Shown in pieces: positions 27,620 through 40,072 of a DNA stretch of 64,000 bases. A model generated the notes under the pieces. The model was not told where the DNA came from. It did no database searches and saw only the letters and a program-made list of their open reading frames with translations. Position 1 is the first letter of the stretch. The number at the start of each line of letters is the position of its first letter. The DNA is taken from NCBI RefSeq assembly GCF_006345805.1, contig NC_042999.1:127782001-127846000 (forward strand), given 5' to 3'. The position numbers and the translations under genes were made by a program. The DNA is from Octopus sinensis. Taxonomy: Eukaryota.

Positions 27620-29547
27620 TCAGCGTTCTAGTGGCACCCATTTCTCTTTTGGAAACGATGTCCCAAATTAGATTATGAAAGACAACACTCATAACTTTGC
27701 TTAAGGTTTTCTAGGATAGAAAAATTTTCTTCCAGGTTCTAGCCTGAATACTTGCAACATAGCGGATTCCGTCCAAAATACTCAATGGCCAAGTGTTGAT
27801 GTTAAAGCGGCTAATATATTAAGTCTCTTATTGTATCTACTGTTTACCCAAATGATTATTCACTTGCATTGTTTTTACCATGCATACACTACGGTCGTAG
27901 TATCGACGGTAAATAATACAGTTTTGTACAGTTACTTAGTAATTCATTCATAAGAGACAAAGACAACCCCAACAAAATAAAGGGACATAATTAAATATAA
28001 TCTAGTGCAACTTGCATGCAGGATTTTGTGAGGATCAATTGAAGCTATTTTCTGCAGATCTTTGAATTCATTGATACGCTTAAGACTGTGACTAAAGTAT
28101 GCATAAATACTTCTTGTCAATTCTTCGATAGAATTCGGTTATACATTGCACGCGTTTGATGAACATAAATGTAAAGAATGACAAACAGAGGCTTGCACAA
28201 AAAGATCTGGCCTGTTCTGCTTCAACAAGTGCTGAACGCCTCCTTTGCTTCCCATCGTAACATTTGTATTATCACAGGTGAAACCTATCAAATTTTCCAG
28301 AGGAATAGCGTGTTCGTTTAAAAATGATAAAAGACAGTTTTATATACCCGTAGCACTGCAATCCTGTATTTCTATAAGTGTAAGAAAATCATCGACTGTC
28401 TTTTGAATTTCAACGTCATTATATCTGGAAACCAGGACAAGTTGTTTTAGTGTTGAAACATCAGTTGTTTCATCAATAACAAGTGAGAATTTTGATGAAT
28501 GAAGGTTTTTTATTTAAATAAGGCGTTGAAGCTGTTTCTAGGGGGCCAATGGCTTTAAAAAAGATGTGTGTCATTCGTTCAGGCACACTTTGCATCCTGG
28601 CGATTTTGCAACAAGGCCAGGTAAGTGGTCCAAAATAGAAATTGGGAGATTATGCTCAGCAACAAATGCACACTATTTTAATTCAGCAGCTGCTACTTTC
28701 TTGGAATCTGAAAAAAACGATGAGGCCTTGAAATAATTGGTCAACTTTTTTGCTTTATTTGCTTCATTTGCATTCTTGCGGCATTTTTCTGCCTGCTCAT
28801 GTAAAATTTGGCTCAAACTACCGGCAATTTCATACTTGCATAATATGCATTTGCCTTTAGCTGTATTGTTCTTGCCTCGCTCCAACCAACTAGAAAATTT
28901 TTCATAGCACAACAATTTTTGCAGAAGTTCCCTTTCATACGATGCCCATCTAGACTTCCTCTTATCTGGTGCTTCACGTTCATTATCTGAGGAATGTTCT
29001 GTTTTCAAAGTTCTATCACTCATATCTTGCTCTAGTTATAGTTCTGTAAGATGTATTTGAATTAATCAAATTATTAAAGACATTACAAACCGTTTAAAAT
29101 ACGGGTTAATACATCTATGTTTGTGTTCAGACTGATGCGGCGGGATTGTATAAATAAGCACTGTAAAATTGAGTCTAATTTATCAAACTTTTAAAAAAAC
29201 AATCACGTACCTTCAGTCTGTGAGAAAACTTCTTGTGTTATGACAGCTATGGCGGGATAAACAGGACGCATATACGTTCACCCAAAATTATAGACGCCCT
29301 TGACCTCAGTCAACGCGTGCGTGCATACATACGCGTTTGCGAAAGCAGACCGGACGTACTTTTATTTTTATTAAGCTCACAAACACGCATATGTGAAAAA
29401 TCAATCAATCAATGCGTCAAAACCTGAATGTTAAAAACCAATGGCAAGATCACTAAAACGTACAGCAAATTCGCCTGAACGTACAGCACATTGAAATTTT
29501 GGCCAAAAGTACAGTTTTGTACGAACGTACAGTTACTGGCAGCGCTG
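27620..29547 (-). mobile_element. hAT-superfamily DNA transposon with inactivated transposase (~27990-29023)
   Basis: Hand translation: BED-like C..C..H region, AAELK*CAFVAEHNLP, FSLVIDETTDVS, GFTCDNTNVTMG, VCHSLHLC, KILHASCTRL; several stops. One end CAGCGCTGCCAG at 29547 with GTACAG subterminal repeats; the other end is uncertain. Confidence 0.85.
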
Positions 29548-30789
29548 CCTGGTACTATTAACTAGTAACTTGCTATACCACTCTACAGTACTCGCACAGA
29601 GCCGTTGGGGAAACGAATCATTTTGAAACATCAAGAATGGAAGGGGACTTTTCAGTTTTCTTTTGCCAAATTTCGTTCAAAAAACATTGGTCAATTCGAA
29701 GCTGTAGTAACAGACGCTTACCCAAATACCGCGTAATGAAATCAAACGTCAGCTTGCAAAGCGAACTTCTAAACTCCAGCCTTAAAATGAAATACATTAG
29801 CCTCGTACAGTTATTCTTATCCATCAGTTGTTTTAAAGCCTGAACAAAGCTACGGTTACCCTCTCCGCTCCTAAGAATGACATTTAAGAAAGGAAAAAAA
29901 AAAAAAAGAAAAAAAGAAACAAGAAAACCCAATCTTCTCAAGTTACTTCTACAGCTTTTTTACAAGTCTGGACTGATCTTGATTTTTATATCTAAGTTCT
30001 AAGAATACTAATGAGAATTCTAGTCACATCCAGTGAACTAGAGGAGAAGTACATCAATCAGGTTATTTTTCTTCATTCCCGTCAGTTAATGATTGTCTTG
30101 TTAAAATCATTTTCTCCGCCAAACCACTAAATCCTTCTCAATTATTTCCTACATCTAGAAAAAGTGTCAATGTTTTTTGTTTAAATTTTTTATGGTTTTA
30201 TTTATCGATGTTATTTAAATTCGAGTAATTCAATATTATGATGATTATTATTAATACCATTAATAATAATAATAATCCTTTCTACTATAGGCACAAGGCC
30301 TGAAATTTGGGGGAGCAAGATAGTCGACCACGTCGGTCCCAGTACTTGACTGATAATTGATTTATCAACCCCGAAAGCATGAAAGGCAAAGTCGACCTCG
30401 GTGGAATTTGAACTCAGAACGTAACGACGGACGAAATACCTATTTCTTTACTGCCTACAAGGGGCTACACACAGAGGGGACAAACAAGGACAGACAAACG
30501 GATTAAGTTGATTATATCGACCCCAGTGTGTAACTGGTACTTATTTAATCGACCCCGAAAGGATGAAAGGCAAAGTCGATCTCGGCGGAATTTGAACTCA
30601 GAACGTAGCGACGGACGAAATACTGATTTTTTTTATTAACCACAAGGGTTTACAGTAAGAAAAACATCATGGACAGCACAGGACAAAACAAAGAATGTGT
30701 GTGTTGTGAGAGTTTTGCATGTAAACAAAACTAACAAAATTTAAAAAAAGAAAAAGAGAAATCAATAATATGTAATCCTCAATATGGAG

Positions 30790-31330
30790 GAGACCTCGAG
30801 GGCTACTCAAGGAAAAACCCCATAAAAAAAACCATGGGTACCCTGATTTGGGGGCAGGTGTCTTGGTTTTCTTTCCTTTTTTCCAACTACAGGCGTATGC
30901 TTAGGGCAGGCCCGTTTATTCGCACCATTCTCGCCACTTCCATCCACCTTTCAGCAAACTGGTTAGAAGACAACACTTCCCTCTCTACCGTTATTTTCCT
31001 TTTCAAGTGAAACTTGAAGAAATTCATCAGGGATTGGCCAAAGGGAAAAGTGTTTGTCTTCAGCCCCTTCAATCTCGTCCACCATACAATCTCTTTCGCC
31101 ATGGCCACCGGGCATATAAAAACAGCCTTTCCTTCCCGGTTAAAGTAAGGCAGCGGGTGATCTTCACGATGGATTCAGTTGACAGCTGGATCTGTTCCAC
31201 ACGCGACAGCAGGTGTTCGACATAAATCTTCAAGTTAGCAATGTTCGGGCACTGGAAGAGTGCATGCAGAATCGTTTCGTCATCCTGCGCCCATCTCAGA
31301 CATGCTCAGCTGACGATACTTCCGTGCCTA
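30790..31330 (-). pseudogene. L1/Tx1-clade LINE ORF2 C-terminal fragment and 3' end
   Basis: CLRWAQDDETILHALFQC (decayed CCHC knuckle), then AKEIVWWTRLKG...ERW. Confidence 0.7.
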
Positions 31331-31334
31331 ATTA

Positions 31335-31394
<60 letters not shown>

Positions 31395-31459
31395 CATTAT
31401 TATTATTATTATTGTTATTATTATTATTATTATATTATTATTAACAACAACAACAACAA

Positions 31460-32020
31460 TGCCCTCATGCAGTACCAGACAATGGCTCTCATGGCTTCTG
31501 ATCTTAGCAGATTGGAAGTGTTATCATTTACATGTTTTGTCTTGATATAAAAAGATGGGCTACAGCAAATATTCTGTTCGATAACACAGAGTTACTTGTC
31601 AGTCGCTGGTCCTCAACCAGTTGAGCATGTCCCTTGGTGACTGACAATATGTGCATCTCTGATCACGAGCAGGAGCAGTGGGGGAACATTATAGCCATGT
31701 GTTAAGAGGAATTCTTTGGGGTTTGAATTATTCACCCCTTGAAACACGAGTGTTTCGTTCATCATCCTTAAATAACCCTCATTCAGAGACCTTTTGAGTG
31801 GATTAGGCTACTCAATACGAAGAAAGTTTTAACTGGACTCCAGCTGCAAGGTCACGCGCTATTTATCTTGATATAAGATCACTATGTCGTGCATATATAG
31901 TTGTGATGCATATGCATCATGGCTGTCTGTCTTATCAGCTGGGTAGCCATGATGGGTATATTGGGCTTCGTATATTTGTACCCCTGTGTTATTTTGATGG
32001 CATGGATTGCTCTCTCACTC
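31460..32020. repeat. Dispersed repeat, probably non-LTR retrotransposon derived; second fragment at ~50175-50360
   Basis: agcaaatattctg.tc.ata...ttgagcatgt.cctt.gtgactgacaatatgtgcatc.ctgatcacgagca shared by both copies. Confidence 0.7.
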
Positions 32021-32919
32021 AATTGTAATGATACTCACCATTTTGAAGAGTGGCGTTTGGTAGTGATCGATATAAAACTCAACGCTATATCAACTGCTTA
32101 AAAATTCAACATAACAGAAGTAGTAAAAAAAGCAATTTTATGCTCTATTTTCTTTCTGATCCCACCTTCCTGTCTCCCCACTTAACGTCTATTATTTGTT
32201 TTCTTACATATACATACGACTTTTGATTTACAGAAGAGAGGAATTGGTATAGGTTACGATGTTCATGGTTTTCTTAAAGTTATTATTTTGTCAAGATTAT
32301 TTCTTTATTACAAGTCTAACATCAACGACTAATAATCAAAACGTATCCACGGAGTAAATCCACAAGAAATACTTATTTCCTCTGTGTTATAGCCCTGTCT
32401 GTTCTATGCAGTCTTAAAGCATGGGTACACTGGGAAGTTGCCCGGGGGCCTCATGGGTCTAGGAATCCAGTTCTGATTTATGTATGCTATTGTTTGCTGT
32501 CAATAAATAAATACTATGGTGTCCGTTGCATTGTGATTTTCCCGCCACCCGCACTCCCACGTGGAGGGGGCTATAATGCTGCTGAGACGACTCTAGTTTT
32601 AATTAATGTTAATTACTTTAATAGTGAGAAGGCATGAGGATACTTTTGCTTGCAAGTTAGGAAGAATTATGTAATGGAATGTCAAAGTGAATGAAATAAA
32701 GTGAACGGATAACATTAGAAAGGAATTTGATTGCCGTTAAAAATACCATTTGACATTTTAATTTAAGAGATTCTGAATGGAGAGCAACTATCCTGAAATT
32801 AATTTGTTTGGTTTGATACCATTCCATCATAAATATCAGGCCTTAGCATATGACCAAGACATTCTTCAGGAATGAAAAAAGGTGCAACGTATGTAGTAGT
32901 TTCGTTATTGCTATAACAC

Positions 32920-33767
32920 ATGTACTTACGATGACACAAGGTTTGGATGCCCTGTAACTTTCACCACCGAGGAAAACATTGATTGTGTTCAGCACATGAC
33001 GATAGATGGCAGATGATTGACAATAAATCAAATAGTCAAAGTTATTATATCCCGGGTGAGAGATGAGAATATTCTACATAACTAACTTGGCATGACGAAG
33101 GTTTCTGCTCAGTGGGTACCACGCCTTTTGACACCTGATTAAAAGCGCACCAGGCTGATTATATCACGGGAAAATCTGATATTGTTTCCGGCAGATCTAG
33201 CTGGTTTCCTTGAACCAGGATAAGTGACAATCCATGCAGTGGTAGCACCCCTCCTCACTTGCTCCAAAAAAGCCAACATCGTTTCATCTGGAGGGAAGGC
33301 GACGACCTCTGTTATTGGAATGCAAAAGGCATTGTGTTACTTGACTATCTACAAAAGGGTACATGTTATCTTGCTGAGGTAGTTACGAAAGGTTATCAAG
33401 ACCAAACACCAGGACTTTTGATGAAAGAAGTCTTGTTTCATCAGGACAATGCTCCAGCACATAGATCCTTGCTTTCAATGGTTGCTATGCGTAACTGTAG
33501 CTTTGAACTGGTTGATCATTGTCTCTATACTCCTGATTTGGCCCCCAACTGACTATCATCTGTTTCCCCGACATGAAGAAAAAAACCCTACTTGGCTGGG
33601 AACCAGTATCACAGTGATCTCTGCCGTTGATGACTTTTTGAGCTACAGATGAAAGCTTCTCCACCAATGAGACCCAAAACTACAACTATGTTGAAAAATA
33701 AACCTCATTTGGTCACATTCTATGAGATTATCTTGGTTAGCCTATGAACTTTTCAACCGGCCTTCTT
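32920..33767 (+). pseudogene. mariner transposase remnant with 3' TIR
   Basis: AQWVPRLL, VLFHQDNAPAH, YTPDLAP-DYHLF motifs; end AACTTTTCAACCGGCCTTC. Confidence 0.85.
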
Positions 33768-35220
33768 AGGTTTATCACTCCATCTTTGATACTGTATTCT
33801 ATTTCCTGTCAGTTACTCGTCCTGAACTTAGTAATCAAGCCACCTTCCAGCTTCAGAAGGCATCTCATCCATATACAACAATACGTTCTGATGAAAAGTT
33901 ATAAAAGTTTACGATATGCTTATGACTGAACTTAAGGATTAGAAAATCTTCAATAATTTCCGACCGAATCAATTTGCAACCATTAGAACCACAATATGCT
34001 GTAAACTATGTATCATTATGTCTGTTAATTTTAATGGCAATTCTTCCTAAAGCCTATTTTCATGAAAAATAATCCCCACTCGGCTGAAAAATTTTCTTCG
34101 CTAGTCTTGGACTGTGCGGGATTATGTTCTTACAGGTTGGCACTAATGTTCCTGCAGAAGTTTCCAAAATACTGAATTAGACAGTACTAGACTGTCTTTG
34201 TGTTTCTTTCTGAATTTGATCTCACTGCTTACTCCTTAGACATTTGCTATTCCTGGGTGTAGCCGTATGGAGGGGAAGAATTACCCTTCTGTTGGGTGGA
34301 CTAAGGCTTTTATTAGATTGCATGTTAAGGATCTTACAGCAATGAAATGCACGTTTGTACCCGATGTTATTTTATATCAGAATTGCACAATACCAGACTA
34401 GCAACCGCAAATTACCTCGTTCTGCTCTTCTTCCTTTCACGAAAATGAAATTCCAAGAGTCTCAATAAAAATCTTGACAGATCTGAGGCAGATTTTCGTT
34501 CTCTGCTCGGTAACTAAAATAAATATCTGTATTTGTCTGAGAAGAAACTGAGTTTCGTCACACATAGTATAAACTGCATAATAAAGCCACCATTTCTCTT
34601 TAGTACACCTTCATTTACCAATACACCAGAACAAATAGGTCACCTATACACGTTGTCCACGTTCCGATTCTTCAGCTGTTACGATGACGGTTACTGCTCT
34701 TCTCAACTATTAAGTACTACCTCCGCTGAAGCCTATCTGCTGCTCTCGCTTTTCATTCACTTCCTTTCCCAACTGTCTCATTCCCTGGTCCCATACTAAG
34801 TACTTTTCTCCAATCATTCTTTCCTAAGCTGCAATCCTTCCCATGTTTTTCAGACAGACATAACTACTTTTTCCGTCTACAGCCAACACTAAAATGCTCA
34901 CAGGTAAAAGAAGCATCGGAGATGCTTTGCCCTAAGCAGAAACTGCAGGAGTTACACAGAGGATTTTGCAAGCTCTATTTCTAAATCCATCGCAATGCTG
35001 GAAATTCTTCCGTATCATCAGCCGGTATCTCAAGATCACAAGCGTTTCGAGCTTTATCAAATGTAGACAGAAAAATGCTATTGGGTGATAAGCAGACAAA
35101 TAGATAAAACACCACAAACACACAAAGATATATATTTGTATACATGCATACATACATACATACATACATACATACATACATACATACATACATACATACA
35201 TACATACATACATAAATGTA

Positions 35221-35477
35221 TGTATATTTTTTCAATGTGTACAATTAACAAGGAAAAAATAAATAGTTACCAGGGTAGCAAAAATTCACATAAGTACCAA
35301 GGATATTACTTCCTACTTATAAAGGTAGAAATTCCAGGATTAAGTGAAATGTTTTTGTATAACATGAGTAACTTAAGAAATGGAGTCAAACGCAGATGTT
35401 ATTCAAATCATTTATACTATCATTTACACCTATGATTTGAATAACACCTATGTCTGACTCCATTTCTTAATTTATCC
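35221..35477. repeat. Repeat family member with a 39-bp-arm hairpin (35373-35470); homologous to 48552-48740
   Basis: Arms 35373-35411 and 35432-35470 with 4 mismatches; upstream ~150 bp aligns with 48552-48720. Confidence 0.8.
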
Positions 35478-35491
35478 ATATATATATATAT

Positions 35492-38400
35492 ATCATCATC
35501 ATCATCATCATCATTTAGCGTCCGTTTTCCATGCTAGCATGGGTTGGACGGTTCTACTGGGGTCTGTGAAGCCAGAAGGCTTCATCAGGCCCAGTCAAAT
35601 CTGGCAGTGTTTCTACGGCTGGATGCCCTTCCTAACGCCAACCACTCCGTGAGTGTAGTGGGTGCTTTTTACGTGCCACCCGCACTGGTGCCAGACAGAG
35701 CTGGCAAACGGCCACGAACGGATGGTGCTTTTTATGTGCCACCGGCACGAGGGCCAGGCGAGGCTGGCAACGGACACGAAACGGGGCGGTGCTGGCAACG
35801 GTCGCGAAACGGAAAGTTCTCTTACATGCCACCGGCACTGGTAACACATCTGCAATTTCCATTGATCGATTTCCATTGATCGATTTCGATTCTGATCCTC
35901 ACTTGCCTCAATGGGTCTTCACAAGCAGAGTTTCGACATGCCACCGGCACTGGTAGCACATCCGCAATTTCCATTGATCGATTTCGATTCTGATCCTCAC
36001 TTGCCTCAACACGTCTACACAAGTAGAGTTTTGTGTCCCAAGAAGGGAAGGTATGCATACGTAGGCTGGCTCCATCCCATGTAGAAGGTCACGGGTTGTG
36101 GACTCACTTGTCCTGCCGGGTCTTCTCGCGCACAGCACACTTCCAGAGGTCTCGGTCTCTAGTCATTTCCTCAGTGAGACCTAAAGTTCGAAGGTCGTGC
36201 TTCACCACCTCGTCCCAGGTTTTCCTGGGTCTGCCTCTTCCACAGGTTCCCTCAACCGCTAGGGTGTGGCACTTTTTCACACAACTATCTTCATCCATTC
36301 TCGCACATGACCATACCAGCGCAAACGTCTCTCTTGCACACCACAACTGATGCTTCTTAGGTCCAGCTTTTCTCTCAAGGTACTTACACTCTGCCGAGTG
36401 TGAGTACCGGCATTACACATCCATCGGAGCATACTGGCTTCATTTCTAGCGAGCTTACGCATATCCTCAGCATCACGGCCCATGTTTCACTGCCATGTAG
36501 CATGGCTGTTCGTACACACGCATCATACAGTCTGCCTTTCACTCTGTGCGAGAGGCCTTTTGTCACCAGCAGAGGTAAGAGCTCTCTGAACTTTGCCCAA
36601 GCTATTCTTACTCTAGCAGTTACACTTTCAGCACACCCACCCCCGCTGCTGACTTGGTCACCTAGGTAACGGAAACTATCAACTATTTCTAGTTTTTCTC
36701 CCTGGAAAGTGACGGAAGTTGGTCTCAGAGCATTTTCAGTGTTTATTGTTCCTGAGCATCTGTCACATACAAAAACCATCTTCCTAGTTAGCCTTCCTTT
36801 GACATTGCTGCATCTCTTATGTGTCCATAGCTTACACTTGGTGCATCTTATAGAGTTTCTACCTACACCTTTTCTACAGATCGAGCAGGGCCATCTACCT
36901 GAAGGTGTTTGTGATTTGTCTACCTTCCTACTGATTACGACTTTGGTTTTAGCTAGATTGACTCTGAGGCCCTTCGATTCTAATCCTTGTTTCCACACCT
37001 GAAACTTCTCCTCCAGTTCTGATAGCGACTCAGCAATTAGAGCAAGGTCATCAGCATAGAGGAGCTCCCAAGGGCATCCTGTCTTGAATTCCTCCGTTAT
37101 TGCCTGGAGGACTATGATAAATAGGAGGGGGCTGAGTACTGAGCCTTGGTGGACCCCTACCTCTACCCGGAATTCTTCACTGTACTCATTTCCAACCCTC
37201 ACCCTACTAGCGGCGTCCCTATACATGGCCCGCACAGCTCTCACTAACCATTCATCTATCCCTAGTTTTCTCATTGCCCACCAGATAAGGGATCGGGGGA
37301 CCCTGTCGAAGGCTTTCTCCATGTCAACAAAAGCCAGGTACAGGGCTTATCTTTGGCTAGGTATTTCTCCTGCAGCTGCCTTACCAGGAATATAGCATCA
37401 GTAGTACTTTTCCCTGGCACAAACCCAAACTGCATCTCATCTAAACTAACTCTCTCTCTAATTAGTTGGGCTATGACCCTCTCCGTAACCTTCATCACCT
37501 GGTCCAACAGCTTGATACCTCTGTAGTTATTTGTATCTAGGGCATCACCTTTACCTTTGTAGCAGTTGACTATTATACTGCTACACCAGTCATTGGGTAT
37601 GACCCCTTTGTGTATCACCTGATTAACTATATGGGTGACTAGGCTATAGCCGACACTACCAGACATTTTGAGCATCTCTGCAGTGATTCCTGATGGGCCT
37701 GGGGCTTTCCCTGTCTTCATGCTTCTAATTGCCTTAGCTACCACAGAACTATCAACTCGGATAGCTGGTCCCTCTGTTGGGTCAACATTCGGCAGACTCT
37801 CTTTATCCCATTCATTTTCTTCATTCAGCAACCTTTCATAGTGGCATCTCCAAACCTCTCTCTTCGCATCCTCATTTAGCGCAAGTGAACCATCTTCCAT
37901 GCGAACACACTTCTCTCCTACCACATCACGATTCTCTCTCAACACTGTCTTGCAACACGAAACACCTCCAGTCTTTGGTCCTCACGGCGCAGAACATTGG
38001 CAAATTTTTTTCTTATCTGCTTCCCCTCTGGCTAAATAAACCTGTCTCCTAGCTTCTCTTTTGGCAGTCTGATACAATTCCCTGCTACCCCCATTTTTTT
38101 CCAGACCTTCCAAGCCTGTCTCTTTTCTCTAATAGCTCTGTCTACAATATTGTTCCACCACCACGTTATTCTAGGTCGAGAGGGGACTTTGCACCAGCCA
38201 CAGATCTGGTCAGTGGCTCTCAGCAGGTTGTCCCTTAGAAAGTCCAGCTGTCTCTTCTACCCCCTGTGATGCTCTATCCCCTTCTACTTCGTCAGAGGCT
38301 TCAAGTAATATGTCCCTAAATCTCTGTCCATTTGCAGGATCTTTAAGCTTCCAGATCCTTCTTCTCCATATTTGTCGTCTTCTGGTTGTCCTCCTAGTCC

Positions 38401-39085
38401 TGATCCTAAAGTCACTAACTACCAGTCTATGTTGTGGGGTACATTCTTCACCTGGGAAGGTTTGGCATTTATAAGCAGCCATCCTCTCTCTCCCTTTGCC
38501 TTGTAAGGATGTAGTCAATTTGGCTGGTATGTTGGCCCGATTGGTAAGTGACTAGGTGGCTGGTAGGTTTCCTGAAGTTAGTGTTGCAAATCATAAGATT
38601 ATTTGCATCGCAGAACTCCAGCAGCCTGGTTCCCTCCTCGTTGCGGAGCCATAGCCATAGCCTCCATGTACGCCATGGAAGCCCCCAGCATGTCGTCCAA
38701 CGTGACCATTGAAGTCACCAGCCACAAAGATAAGGTCTCTGTCGTTCGCCAATGAGGTAGTCTGCAGTAGAGTGTCATAGAATCGGTCTTTCTGTCCATC
38801 GGGTAGCCCCGACTGAGGAGCATAGGCTGATATAATGGTTGCTAAACTATGATGAAGCACTAATCTAATCTTAAGTATTCTGTCACTTACTCTGATTACC
38901 TCAATTACTTTATCTACCCATTTCTCAGCGATAAGTATACCCACGCCACCAACCCCGTCAGTGTTCCCTGCCCAGAAAATCTTGTACCTGCGTTCCTTGC
39001 CTGTGAGGAACCTAGCTGATCCTCCTCTCCACCTTATTTCTTGCATGCAACATATATCCACACATCTCCGTTCAAGCATCTCGAC
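35492..39085 (-). mobile_element. RTE-clade LINE, slightly 5'-truncated, frameshifted, antisense in intron 2
   Basis: APE endonuclease (DICCMQEIRW, SAYAPQ, GDFNGHVG), RT (QFGF, MEKAFDRVPR, QGSVLSP, LLYADD), GRGRPRKTW C-terminus, (CAT)n tail, (TA)n on both flanks. Confidence 0.97.
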
Positions 39086-39474
39086 TTATATATATATATA
39101 TATATATATATATTCTTTTTTCTTTTTTATTCTTTTACTTGTTTCAGTCATTTGACTGCGGCCATGCTGGAGCACCGCCTTTAGTCGAGCAACTCGACTC
39201 CGGGACTTATTCTTTGTAAGCCCAGTACTTATTCTATCGGTCTCTTTTGCCGAACCGCTAACGACGGGACATAAACACACCAGTATCGGTTGTCAAGCAA
39301 GCAGCTAGGGGGACAAACACAGACACACAAACACACATGCACACACACACATATATATACATATATACGACGGGCTTCTTTTCAGTTTCCGTCTACCAAA
39401 TCCACTCAGAAGGCTTTGGTCGGCCCGAGGCTATAGCAGAAGACACTTGCCCAAGGTGCCAACATATATATATA

Positions 39475-39517
<43 letters not shown>

Positions 39518-39974
39518 TAAGTTTAGATTGATATATTATCCGGGCAGATACCGTATTAGCTCTCAGCTGAATTCTAGTTGACGGCTAACCACAATGATCA
39601 GTATCCAAAGCCTGTGTCTATATTTAGTTGTTAGTCACTTCGTGAATTCTTCCGATGGGTAATTCCATGTATTCTACGCTGGAGGGTAAAAATCGTCTGG
39701 AGTATATATAAATATTGATAATGATAAAGAGTATGGAGACTTGAACATCCACAAAATTTATTTTATGGTTATATACAGCATATTATAATGACCTTCACGT
39801 GTTTCCGCTCCAGCGACTACTCACAGATTGTAAGGTTGCATTTGCAACTTTGAGTAGTCGCTGCACCGGAAACATGTGTATGTCCTCATAATATGCTGTA
39901 TATAACTATAAAATAAATTCTGTGGGTGTACAGGTCTCATACTCTTTATTATTATTAATATATGCATGTGTGTA

Positions 39975-40008
<34 letters not shown>

Positions 40009-40022
40009 ATATATATATATAT

Positions 40023-40072
<50 letters not shown>

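Noticed and set aside
29618-29941. 107-aa minus-strand ORF; also the ORFs at 26949-27146 and 62477-62755
   Set aside because: No motif I can identify, and no compatible splice structure.
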